DNA of 64,000 nucleotides, from the NCBI RefSeq assembly GCF_018350175.1, contig NC_058368.1, positions 38,938,001 to 39,002,000 of the forward strand, read 5' to 3'. Below are positions 52,737 to 64,000 of the stretch, piece by piece. Position numbers and translations under genes: made by a program. The DNA is from Felis catus. Lineage: Eukaryota. The first letter of the stretch is position 1; the number at the start of each line of letters is the position of its first letter. The notes under the pieces are model-generated. The model was not told the DNA's origin, ran no database searches, and saw only the letters and a list, made by a program, of their open reading frames with translations.

Positions 52737-53069
52737 TCCCCTCAGGAACTTTTAGTGGTTCCATGATTATAAGAGCCAAATACCTTGAAAGGGGAGTGTT
52801 AAAATAGCCTCAAACCAATGGATTGTTGAAATCTTTTAAAGAAGCCCCTAGATTCTCTAGGCATCTTACATTGCTCAGGGAAAAGACTGGATGTATCTTT
52901 TCTGGAGAAGCTGAAAACATGGGAGTTGTGGACTACATTCATATATATTGCAGTATTTTGTTTGCTTTTTGTCATTCAGTTTTGTTTATTGGGTTGAGGG
53001 TGTTTTTTTTCTTTAAGTTGGGGAGTCTGACTTGATCTTTTTCTTTATAGTTTTTGAGTCATCATCATG

Positions 53070-53597
53070 GATAAAATATTATTTATCCATTTATCAAAAT
53101 ATACAGGTTGTTTCTAAATCGTGCATATTATAAATAATGCGCAATGAACATGAGGGTACAGATTTCTCTTAGAGGTAGCAATTTAATTTCCTTTGAACAT
53201 ATACCCAGAAATTAGATTCCTGGATCATATGCTAATCTATTTTTAAATTTTTGAAGAACTTCCCACTGTTTTTCATAGTGCCTGTACCAATTTACATTTG
53301 CACTAACAGTGTACAAGAGTTTCCCTTTCTCTATACTCTTGTCAACATTTGTTATCTCTTGTATTTTACATCATAGCCATCTAATAGACATAAGTTGTTG
53401 GTTTATTGTTTTGATTTGCACTACCTTGATGATTAGTGAAATTGAGTATCTTTTCATATACCTATATGTTGGCCATTTTATATGCCTTCTTTGGAAAATG
53501 TGTATTGAGGCCCTTTGCCCATTACAATAAGCAACCATTTATTGTATTTTTTTTTTTTTTTTAGAGAGAGAGAAAGAGAGCATGAGTGACAGGGAGG

Positions 53598-53637
<40 letters not shown>

Positions 53638-54090
53638 AAGAGAGAGAGATTGATTGAGAATCTTAAGCAGGCTCCATGCTCAGCACTGATGTGGGACTCA
53701 GTCCCACAACCCTGGGATCATGACCTAAGCCGAAATCAAGAGTTGGAAACTCAACCAACTGAGCCACCCAGGCACCTCTAATTTTTGTATTTTGACATTG
53801 TATCCTGCAACTTTACTGAATTCATTATTCATCACTATTAGTTCTAAATTTTTGATGGAGTCCTTAGCTTTCTATATACAAGATCACGTCTTCTTTCCAA
53901 AAAGACAATTTAACTAATTCCTTTCTGATTTCAGTGACTTTTATTTATTTTTCTTGCCTAATTGCTCTGGTTTGAACTTACAGTATTATGTTGAATTGAA
54001 GTGATGAGAGTGAGTACACTTGTTCCTGATCTTGGAGGAAAAGCTTTTAGCTTTTCACCATTGAGTATGATGTCAGCTTGGGTTTGTCAC
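53070..54090 (-). mobile_element. L1 (L1MA-like) ORF2 3' fragments, split by a SINE
   Basis: atatacccagaa...ctggatcatatg...gtaccaatttacatt...ttgtatcctgcaactttactgaattc...gaggaaaagcttttagcttttcaccattgagtatgatg. Confidence 0.9.
53548..53778 (-). mobile_element. CAN-SINE (older, long CT tract)
   Basis: (GA)n tract, gatcatgacctaagccgaaatcaagagt, gagccacccaggcacc. Confidence 0.93.
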
Positions 54091-54299
54091 TTATGGGATT
54101 TTTTATTGACATTAAAAACAAATATTTCATAGTTGCCCCATATATGGTGCCACTGGTGGCTTATTATATGTAAAGAAAAGAATGAAAATAAAAGAAAAGC
54201 CTCACAGTAAGTCTCATCATCATGAAAATTCAGAGGACTGAGGAAGAGAAGATAATAAAACTTGGGGAGAAAAAACAACTTCTAATATCAAAATTACCA

Positions 54300-54985
54300 C
54301 AGAATTCTCTATGGTAACTCTGGAATCTAGAAGGAAATATTTAACACAATTGTAATGGAGGAGGGTGAAGAAACATAAATAGACATAGGTTTCTATATAT
54401 CATTTGAACGGGTAGAGTGACAACACCAGTAGACTGTGTTTATTAGTGTATCTGTTTGTATAGATTTTAAGTAGTTGTTCTATTATTATTGGCTAGTATT
54501 ATTGGCTAGTAATTAAATTAGTAATTAAATTAAAAGAAAATTAAAGTTGAAGAAAGTTTAGGTAGTCCAAAATAAGGTAGGTAAAAGAAAACAGAGAAAC
54601 AAAAACTAGAACACACAGCAAAACAAGCCGGCTTAAATTCTAAAGTATTAATAATTACATGAGATGTAATTTTATTAAATACCAATGAAAAGAAAAAGAT
54701 TGGCAGAGTGAATTTGAATACATACTCCAAGTATCCACAAAATAAACTCAACTTCAAATAAAACAATATAATCAAATTGAAACTAAAATGATGGAAAAAA
54801 ACGTATAACATGCAAATACAAATTTTAAAAAAAGCTTGAGAGGTCTTCAAATAAAGTAGTCTTCAGAGCAAATAAAATTACCAGAGACGTTAAGGGATAT
54901 AATATTATGATGAAAGGGACAACCCTTCAAGAAGACATAGCTGTTCTATATATGTACCAAGCATTCAAGCTGCAAAATACAAAGC
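54300..54985 (+). mobile_element. Old L1 inter-ORF region and ORF2 N-terminus
   Basis: aataattacat...aagattggcagagtga...tggaaaaaaacgtataacatgcaaa...atgatgaaagggacaacccttcaagaagacatag. Confidence 0.75.
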
Positions 54986-55899
54986 AGTTTTATGTGGATT
55001 CAGCTGCTGATTATATGCTATTTAATATAGACAATCAAAAATTTATAATATAATTATTGATTGTATCCAAATATTCAAATATTTATATAATTTTCCTCAT
55101 GCATTAATTATGTGGTAGTGTTGTTTTATTCTTGGTGCTTGATTTTTAAAAAAAATAAAAGCAAAGCAACATTTTCAAAGATCTCTGGTGTTAAGCTGTC
55201 ACCTGATTTACAGTAGTTGCAGAATTCCTGGACAGTTAGAAAGCTTTTTCAGTAAAGGTACCAACTTCAGAAAATGATGTGAAATAAGTGCTTTTAAGAG
55301 CTAAAAGCAGCGGCCACATGGAACAAAAGAATGAATGGTGAGGGTTCTGTATGATGTTCATATTGAAGTTCTATTCTTTTATAGTTCAACAGATCAAATG
55401 TGATGAGCCACTTGTTACTAAATAAAAGGACATGGGGCTTTCACTTTCACAAAGCCAAAGAATCCAATTGGTCTTTCTTTTATAAGTACTACGAGGGATT
55501 AAATATTTGGATTGAAAAAAAAAAAAGAAAAAAGAAAAAAGCGACATCCTAACTTCTGCCACCAGCTATGGGTTGTGAGTTACTAATGCCCTACATAAAA
55601 TAAAAGGCACCTAAAGGTGCTATAGTATTGTAATTTCCCATTTTGTCACCAAGAGATGAAGTTCTCTTAGATAAAATCTGAATAAGGACACCTGATTTTT
55701 TTCCACTATCTTCTGATTCTGAATTTGTCAACTGAATAAAGCATACTACAGTTTCCATTATTATCTCTGTGAGATTAAATTTCCTTAACTGTAATAGTTT
55801 ATTCTTCTAAGTTCATGTTTTCAACTCTTAGAATTAATAGTCTATATATTATCCTTTATAACCGAATATCTTTGTAAAATATCCATGTTTTTGCCCTCT

Positions 55900-56505
55900 T
55901 TCTCTATTCCTCAGTCCAGCATCCTCTCTGACCTCCTTGCTGATTCTTGAACACACCTTATAACCTGACATACAAGTAAATATCACTCCACTTCCAATAC
56001 TCTATAATTGTAACTTTCTCCTCTTTCCAGTATTCCTGAACTCACTTTCTTTGCATCTTGTCCTACAAGACACTTACTATCTTCAATATAAATTTTTATA
56101 ATATTTTTTTTATTTTTTAGTGTTTTATTATTTATTTGTGAGAAAGAGAGACAGAGTGTGGGTGGGAGAGGGGCAGAGAGAAAGGGAGACACAGAGTCCA
56201 AACAGACTCCAGGCTCTGAGCCAGCACAGAGCCTGACACGGGGCTTGAACTCACAAGCTTTGAGATCATGACCTTAGTCAAAGTCAGATGCTTAACTGAC
56301 TGAGCCACCCAGGTGCCCCATCTTCAATATATAATATTTTATTTATTACGTCCATTTTGCTTATTGCATATTTCCCACTAATGGAAGGTAAGTTACTTGA
56401 AGGCAGGGGTGTTCATCTATCTTGATCACAGATACAGATCTAAGTCTCCTCTACAGTTCCTGGCATATGATGGGTACTCATAAAATACATTTGAATGAAT
56501 GATGT
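55900..56505 (+). mobile_element. L2 3' fragment split by a SINE
   Basis: acctccttgctgattcttgaacacacc...cttgaaggcagggg...cctggcatatgatgggtactcataaaatacatttgaatgaatga. Confidence 0.75.
56091..56319 (-). mobile_element. CAN-SINE
   Basis: TSD atcttcaatata. Confidence 0.95.
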
Positions 56506-58259
56506 TGTAAAATATAATATACTCATTTGAATGGATTATAGGAAAATGTTTCAGTTAGAGTCCTGCTTCGTATTTTGCATAACCTGCATCTGTCATGTCT
56601 TCTGTAAACAATAATGTGTTTAGTGTCTTCTCCTCTTACTTGACTTAGTATTTTTGTTACTTATCTTCCCATAAACTGCAAAAGAACAAATGACTAACAT
56701 AGCTTTCTTAAATATAAATAATAATATATATGGCCAAGTCACATACAGTCTCTATCACAACTTCAAGAGCTGTTTAAAATGATAGAGCTATACTGTATAT
56801 TTTAAGATCATTTGCAGATCTAAGGTTTGGGATCATTTATATATACATTTATATGTAATGCAAGTATTATAAATCTATTATATATAATTACAGCATGTAA
56901 ATAAATATATATTTATAATTTTGATTAAAATACTTACTAAAATATCTTTATAAGAGAACTATTTCATCTATAGCATTGCACTGGGTATCTATTTGAAATG
57001 AAATGTTTAAGTATGCTTCCATTCATAAACTCAGCATACATGTATTGAGTATCTACTAAGTGCTGAGCATTTGACTATGGTACAGAAGCACACAAGACAG
57101 GCAAGACTGCTATCCTCATGAAACTTTTATTTGGAGGGATTAAAATAAAAATACTTGGAAATAAAAATAAAAATAAATGGAAATTTCATTATAATAATAT
57201 AAAATTCGGATACAAAAATCTTTTTTTCCCAAAGGAGAAATGGCTAAAACTAATGTTTCTAAGGAGTTATGCTATTAGTAGATTGATTTTTGAAGGATAA
57301 TGTAATATATATGTACATTTTATTAGAATAAAATGACACAATATTTTTGCTTCTTTACAGATAGTGTTGTGGTTATTTAATCACTTTAAAATTTCTTTTT
57401 GAGACTGCAATATTGTGCTGCCTGCTGTCCAATGCCTAAAAGAAATTGCTTCATATATTTTGTTCAGTTTCATTTTTGATTATACATCGAGGGTTATTGA
57501 AATACCAATTATTCCATCATAGCCAGAAGAAGAGGTATCTACTTTTTCATAAAATAAAATTTTATGTGATATTGTTTTTGTAGAAAAAAGTGTACAATTT
57601 TTGAAAAATGTTTCAAAACTACCGAGTAGACATGAAGAAGCCATGTTATTCTGACAAGTAAAGCCACATGAAGTACATATAGTTTCATAGAAAGGTGACC
57701 TGGGGCAGGACAGATCCAGTAAGAGACCATTTGAGAAGCAGTTGAAGTTATATAAACAAGCAATGATTAGGATGTCAAAGGGCAGTAGTTGTAGGAATGA
57801 AAAGTAATAGCATGTTCAATATTGTAATATAAAAATGTAATATAATTTGTCATTTCCAGTATATTTCAGCATTTGCGATATACAAAACTATAGTGATTTG
57901 GAAATGCCTGGAGCAGGACTGTGTTGTCATAAGACTATTTATATTAACACAGAGCATGGAATTTTAAACCCAACTAATAACCGTGACAGTTCTAAAGTCC
58001 CTTAGGGTTTCCAAATTATTAAAAATGTTTCCTCAGTCCTTATGCTATTCCATGAGTCTATATATTGCAACTTCTCTTTATAGGCTAATTAGAGAAGTAA
58101 GATTTACAAAGCACCAGAGGTCAAATCAATGTGGTAGAACACTATAATTTGTTTCACTGGGTCATATTGGTGAGTTGTGATCAAGAGTGAGAAAATTATG
58201 CTTGAAACTATTTTTGGTGACAGATTAACACTCAGAGGATTAGAACTTTAGATAAGCCA

Positions 58260-61100
58260 CTCTGCTAAAGTAAGCAAGTGAGCAGGTCATTGACCAGTAC
58301 ATAATTAATGTTATGGGCTACAGGTATTGACAAATGAAGATATGAACCCACTAGTTTCTGAGAAATTACAGATCCAGGGCTCATGACTTTTACTCCAGAT
58401 ACTATCACAATGCCCAATTCATAGTTTGAATGCAGTACATTGTTGCTCACTATCAAATGAATGCTCTTTCTCTTCTAAAAAACAAAACAAAACAAAAACA
58501 AAAAGACAAAAAGGTCTAATGAGAGATGCAAATCACATTGTTAGAAAAGGTTCACATTTTCCTAATAGCTGTTCTCCTCACTGGATATTCATGTAACAAG
58601 TACTAGGTCAATTGGATTATATTTGGGATTACTCAAACTTCTTTGTGTCACCTGGTGATAGCCGTTCTTAGTTAAAATGATGATAAAGTTGTGCGTTTCT
58701 TGGAATGAAAAGGTCCCTTCTTTGGAACAGCTATTAAGCCTGGCAGTACAAGATCAGTGAATTCATGGTCATGAGCCCATTTCTGCATATCTTTTATCTG
58801 TAAAGTAGGTCCCCTGTGCAATTGAAGTATTATCTGATGCCAATAGGTCAAATAAATCTTTGGATACACTGAGGCTGTGCATATATATATATGTATATAT
58901 ATGTATATACATATATATGTGTATATATATGTATATGTATATATATGTATATACATATATATGTGTATATATATGTATATACATGTATGTATGTATATGT
59001 ATATGTATATGTATATATATGTATGTATATATATATGTGTATATATATATGTATATGTATGTATATATATATGTATATATCCAGATACATACCTAATCTT
59101 TGAGAATAAACCAGTGGTCATTTATCATCAAGCTGCTATTGGTTTCCTCAGAAGATGATGCCATAGCCTGCAACTGTTTCTCTTCCTAGCAGATTGAACA
59201 CTGGCTTAGCTATAGTGAGACTAGCGGTGGTAATACGAAAGCATGAGCCAATGCTGTTGGACGCTGGCATTGCCTTCATGGCTGCCACCATGGCAACTTC
59301 CTTCATGTGCCTGCTATGCCAGGCTGGCAGTTGCCAATTACAAAGGCTTTCAAAAGCCCCTTTGCTGGGTCATTTTGGCTTTTTAGTGGATTGGTCCTTT
59401 TTCAGAGGTGGACACATTCTGGTTGAACATAATATGTGACACATTTTTACATCATTTGCCTATGTATAAGACCTCTTTTTTTTTCTCAATATTGCAATAC
59501 TTTATCGATCCAGGATCCTAATAACTTCTCTGACATTTTCTATTGTCTGTGACTCTATTTTTATTCTTTCCTGAGGCCACTACTCTGTCCATGTAGAGTG
59601 GATGACCATGTTCACAGTCTGAAGTTATGCCCACTGAGAAGATTTTCCTTTGTCACTACTTTTCAAGGCTAACCATTATAGTAGTATAATCCAATTGTTA
59701 TTGATTTTGACTTGCACCTTCATACTGAGACAAACCATCAATAAACCAAATAAGGATTTCTTAACCTCTTTTGTCTAGTCATAAGAGAGCCCCATAGACA
59801 CAAGATGAAGAAAGGACACTGGTGCCACAATGGTGGGGACCATGGGCATGTAGGCTTCCTGCACATGTGTCTGACTTGTGTACTCTACCACTCATTGTAA
59901 TGCATTACACATATAACACTTCACTCATTATTCGTGTTTCATTGATGTTTATGGACTATGCAGATAGTTCATATCTCTTCTGACTAACTGATGGCTAAGA
60001 TGGAAGAGCTAAGAGAGCACTGGAACAAAACTGCAAGTTTCATTTATTCCATGTGGATGTGAACTGGTTTTATTTATATTTTCTTAGAGGGAGAGAAAAG
60101 AGTAAATTTTTCAGATCAGCCACACATCCTATGACTGAGGCTATATCAAATTTTAGCAAAGGTATTTGAGGTTTGGACTACAGTTAGGTTGAACTTGCAG
60201 TACTATACAGACATCATCCAGTACCCATCCAGCACCAGTCAGACTGGTGAATCAAAGGACCACTATCCTTGCCCCTTGTAAATTATTGAGGGTAACAATT
60301 GTGTTTTCTAAGCCACATGGGATGCAACATAACATTTTTGAATTACTTTCTTATCCAGGAAAGAGTAGTTTCTGAAGACTTGCCCTAAAATTTCCTTCCA
60401 AGATAATTCTTCGGACTTAAGAAACGTAGTGATAAAATGGCAACTATATCCTCAAGATAAGGTCTGTAGCCAGCCCCTTGGCCAGGATCTATTTATTACC
60501 TCCCCTCCCCACATATTTACCAAATATACTCCATATATAATAGAGAAGGGGCACAATGACATGATAATGCTTTAGGTCTCCAGGTGCTAGTGTCAACACA
60601 GACCCTATTTCTAACATACCTCAACCTGTTTGGCAATCTACTCCCCAGTCCACAGTTACCAGAGGAAATGACTAAGGGATTCTTTAGTGAAGGACTAGTG
60701 TATCCATTTTGTGTGTAATAGATAAGGTTTTGCACGGTCCTTTCTCCTGCATAACTATCTCTTCCAGCAATGGTTTCAATGTCTGATAACTGGCTTAACA
60801 CTTGAATCTTGGCAAGGGGTCATGACTCTTAAAAGGACTAAATGTTTTCAGCCACCTGAGCTCCCATCCTTGATTTCTTCTGTTAGCACAAATTGAATAG
60901 TAACTTGTTGGCTGCCCACCTGTCTTTTTCCTGAGGAGGTTGTGTTCCATAGCATATGGTTGTGAACTGCATTCATTATCCTTTTCATGCTACATCCTCT
61001 TGGCTATTACTTAAACCTTGTCAGTCATTATTATGATTGGTTGTGATCACTTCTCTTCTGGGGGTGAAACACTTAAGCCTGGCCTCTATTTTCTTGCTAT
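58260..61100 (-). mobile_element. Decayed ERV-L internal region (gag-pro-RT-RNase H-integrase)
   Basis: Minus-strand motifs in retroviral order: protease VTVDWG..QTG*GMLEIGSVLTLAPGDLKH (~60580-60660), RT DGYWMMSV*YCKFN (~60190-60230), RNase H GKSSQWA*LQTVNMVIH (~59595-59650), integrase AHEGSCHGG..QQHWL (~59245-59310) and [14 protein letters not shown] (~58765-58820). Many stops and frameshifts; outer boundaries approximate. Confidence 0.85.
58881..59080. repeat. Complex (TA)n/(TATATG)n microsatellite
   Basis: About 200 bp of alternating purine-pyrimidine sequence seen directly. Confidence 0.97.
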
Positions 61101-61788
61101 TAGTGAGACAAGTTCTTTTTTTCTTTTCTCTTTTCTTTTTCCTTTTCTTTTCTTTTCTGACATACATAGATGTTATATACATATAAATGTTTCTTTATTG
61201 AAGCAAGATTCCTGACCAGTATAGAGTGATGCATTTATTAAACAGAAACCAGTGCAGAAACTACTACATACCACCTGTCTAGACAGGTTTTGGTTACACT
61301 GTACCTATTGATGGAATAGTCCCACTAGTGAAGTTTTATATGTCAAAAAGCTTTGAATTTGAGCAAGGTGTCCATTAATTCACCTCTGAAAAAGTTAAGT
61401 GGCATTAAATTTTGGCTAATATATTTTATAGCATTAAAAAGCTTATGCTTAGCTTAAGCTAAATTTCTCAAAATGTTATTCTATGCACAATAGCCCTTAG
61501 CAGACAGAGTCTGTCATTGCATCCAAATTCACACAGATGAGTCTCATTTGAGAAATATATGCTAAATAGCTGGTACTTAGAGACAAAAATACTTATAACT
61601 TGAGTTTCTTATAGTCAACACAGACTTCTTCCTCTGAGTGCCTGTATTGGCCACATTTCAGAGTGAAAGTGAAGACATACCAGCAGTGTCCCTGTGTAAC
61701 TTGGAATTAAATCACAAGATCTGTCTGATGGTGAAGGTGGCACTATTACCAGGTAAATAAAGGCCCATATAAAAAAAGCCAATTTGAT

Positions 61789-61983
61789 GGGGCACCTGGG
61801 TGACTCAGTTGGTTAAGTGTCTGACTTTGACTTAGGTCATGATCTCACTGTTTGTGGGTTTGAGCTCCGCATCAGGCTCTGTGCTGACAGCTCACAGTCT
61901 GAAGCTTGCTTTGGACTCTACGTCTCCCTCTCCACCTCCCCCAACATGCTCTGTCTCTGTCCCTGTCGCTCTCTCTTTCTCTC

Positions 61984-62030
<47 letters not shown>

Positions 62031-62040
62031 ATAGAAATTT
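61789..62040 (+). mobile_element. CAN-SINE inserted in the SET pseudogene 3' UTR
   Basis: TSD aaagccaatt; (TAAA)n tail. Confidence 0.95.
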
Positions 62041-63649
62041 TTAAAGCCAATTCAAGGTACAAATCAAGGATGGATACACTATACTCAGAACTGAATTTTG
62101 ATGGATGTGGTATCCTAAATAATGTGGTAAGTTTTAGAAACTGATGGCAAATTTTACCCATGATGTTCTCAAGCTGAGAAGACATTAATCCATTGATTCA
62201 AATCCCTTTACTGCATCCACATAGCTCTGAGGTCATCCTGCAAGTTGGGAATCAAAAACTACAGAGCTAGGGTAACAAAGTTTGACAATACGTTATACAA
62301 GTCAAATTTGCAAAGACATATTAAGTATATCTGTTCTGAGAGGAAAGCATCAAATTCTTTGTGTACATTTTGGTAGTTTTATTGTAACAAAGAGCTGGTA
62401 CACTTCTAATGTTTAAAACTGAGCATCATCTTTCCTATCTAGTGAAACAAAAAAAAATAAATAGGAACAAAATTACGATAGATATGTCTATTTCAAATAA
62501 GATTCTACAGATTCTACTGATTTGTCAATTGGGTGGCAAGGTTCATGTCATCATTAAGAGAGAATTTGATTTCAAAATTGTCATTTTAAACTGCAAGGAT
62601 GTCAAACATCATACTTTAACATGCCAAAGAAAAAAACATGTTTTAAAAGTGCCCACTTAAACCACCCAAATATCTCAAACCCACCATTTGCTGACCTTCT
62701 GTGACCCCAGTTTTTAAGTTTTTTTCTCTTTCTTTCTTTCTTTCTTTCTTTTTTGTAATCAAGGGAAAGAAGACAAATACACGTTGGTAAATGATAACTG
62801 TCCATTTTCACATAGAGAGGCAGTGTGATTTCTGAGCCCAATACACAGAGGAAAGAGAAAAACAGAGTTCTACACACTACTGTATAGGAGCCTCGTATCC
62901 TCCAGATTCCGGCAGAAATAAGGAAGCAGAGGGATTTCTTTTTTCCCATAGAGCAGGGTGGTGTAAATGCCATAGTTTTTTAATTGAGACAGGAAGAGAT
63001 AAAAACGAATTTGGAACAGGAAGGGGTAGAGATTCTATTCCCACTGTATTCTGCTCAAGGTATACCCCACCCCTAAATAAGTAGAGAACCATGATAAAAT
63101 GGAAAGAAAGGAGACCTCAAAAATAGAGTCACAGGCACAAGAGGAAGAAGGAATGAAAGAAACAAAAACAATTGTGACTCGTTCCTCTCATCATTCATGT
63201 CAGAAACTATATTGTAATGGATTTGGCCAAGTAACTCTTTGATGACCTCTCCTAACTCATTTGCACCTGCATCAGAATGGTCAGTAAACCAGGGTAAGAA
63301 AGGTTCTGGTTCCTCATGCTGTCTCTTCCTGGCTTTATTTTGTGTTTGACATGAAAATTTTGGTCAGATCCTTTCCAGATTTCCATTTGATTTCAGCGGA
63401 CTTTGAACATGGATTACTACTCTCATTCATATGAAATTCTTTGGAGAGAACTTTATTTTGGAAGTAAGGGTTTTCATCAAAACAAAAATCTATTCTGTAA
63501 CCCGATTTAATATCTCTAAATTCTGTCACTGCTACTCTTGTATAAAAGTGCCTCCCCAAGCAGGCAGACAACATCCAACTTGTGGATGTTGACAAATGCG
63601 ATTCCCCCCAAATGTGGGATTATGGTGCTTAATTCCAGCCACTTCTGGG

Positions 63650-63712
63650 GAAAAAGAAACGAAAAGAAAGGAAAAGAAAAGAAAAGAAAGGAAAAGAAAA
63701 GAAAAGAAAAAA
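63650..63712. repeat. (GAAAA)n microsatellite inside the SET pseudo-CDS
   Basis: Seen directly between SET-homologous blocks. Confidence 0.95.
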
Positions 63713-64000
63713 GATTGTCAGAGGTTTTTTATATTTTTGTTCTACTTTCAAAATCTCCTTACTGGCTTGTTCATTAAATCTTTTTCATTTGTATTTCATC
63801 AGTATGTTCACTTGCTTTTTACTGTTCTTTTTCTGAGGTCTTTATTCCAGTGTGGCTGGAGCGGAGCTCCTTTTTAGCGACCCTGATGGCGGTGCCTACC
63901 TGGTGCTGTTCTTCATGGGGGTTGAGAGAAGTGCAGCAGGGAGGGGACAAGAAGGGAAGGTGAAAGGGCGGCAGCTTCCCTGAGCCACACTGCCGCGCGT

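Larger units (their letters stand above)
61113..64000 (-). pseudogene. SET: Processed pseudogene of SET nuclear proto-oncogene, beta (TAF-Ibeta) isoform
   Basis: Intronless. ORF 63335-63595 [47 protein letters not shown] matches the SET NAP domain; KKELRSSH..TSEKEQ matches the beta N-terminus. Start ATG reads AGG (63899-63901); stops and frameshifts present. SET-like 3' UTR runs to AATAAA (61194-61199), then an A-rich tail remnant (61113-61158). Confidence 0.95.

Noticed and set aside
58672..59158. Six overlapping ORFs up to 149 aa
   Set aside because: Produced by the TA/TATATG repeat plus decayed integrase flanks.
650..62040. tRNA-like A/B boxes in many elements
   Set aside because: They are the tRNA-derived heads of CAN-SINEs, with CT tract, A tail and TSDs, not tRNA genes.
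63335..63595. 86-aa SET-like ORF as a functional retrogene
   Set aside because: Non-ATG start, frameshifted N-terminus, premature stop, and surrounding disablements.

Overview
AT-rich mammalian genomic DNA, almost certainly from a cat (Felidae): about 29 tRNA-derived CAN-SINEs are present, several of the young felid type. I find no intact protein-coding gene; nearly all listed ORFs come from SINE, L1 or microsatellite sequence. The window is a layered record of mobile DNA: L1, L2 and MIR fragments, a TIR-complete but internally deleted Tigger/pogo transposon (10053-11296), a hAT transposase fossil (~34815-35850), an ERV1-type solo LTR (31184-31712) and a decayed ERV-L gag-pro-pol (~58260-61100, minus). 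Next to the ERV-L sits a nearly full-length processed pseudogene of SET (beta/TAF-Ibeta isoform, ~61113-64000, minus, probably continuing past the window end). That pseudogene shows a microsatellite born inside the former CDS, a template-switch inverted insertion and loss of the acidic tail. Several exon-like + strand islands (14.5-39.7 kb) may be remnants of an unidentified spliced gene, but this is weak inference. Repeat family names and parent-gene comparisons are from recall, not a database search. I see no convincing novel biological system.
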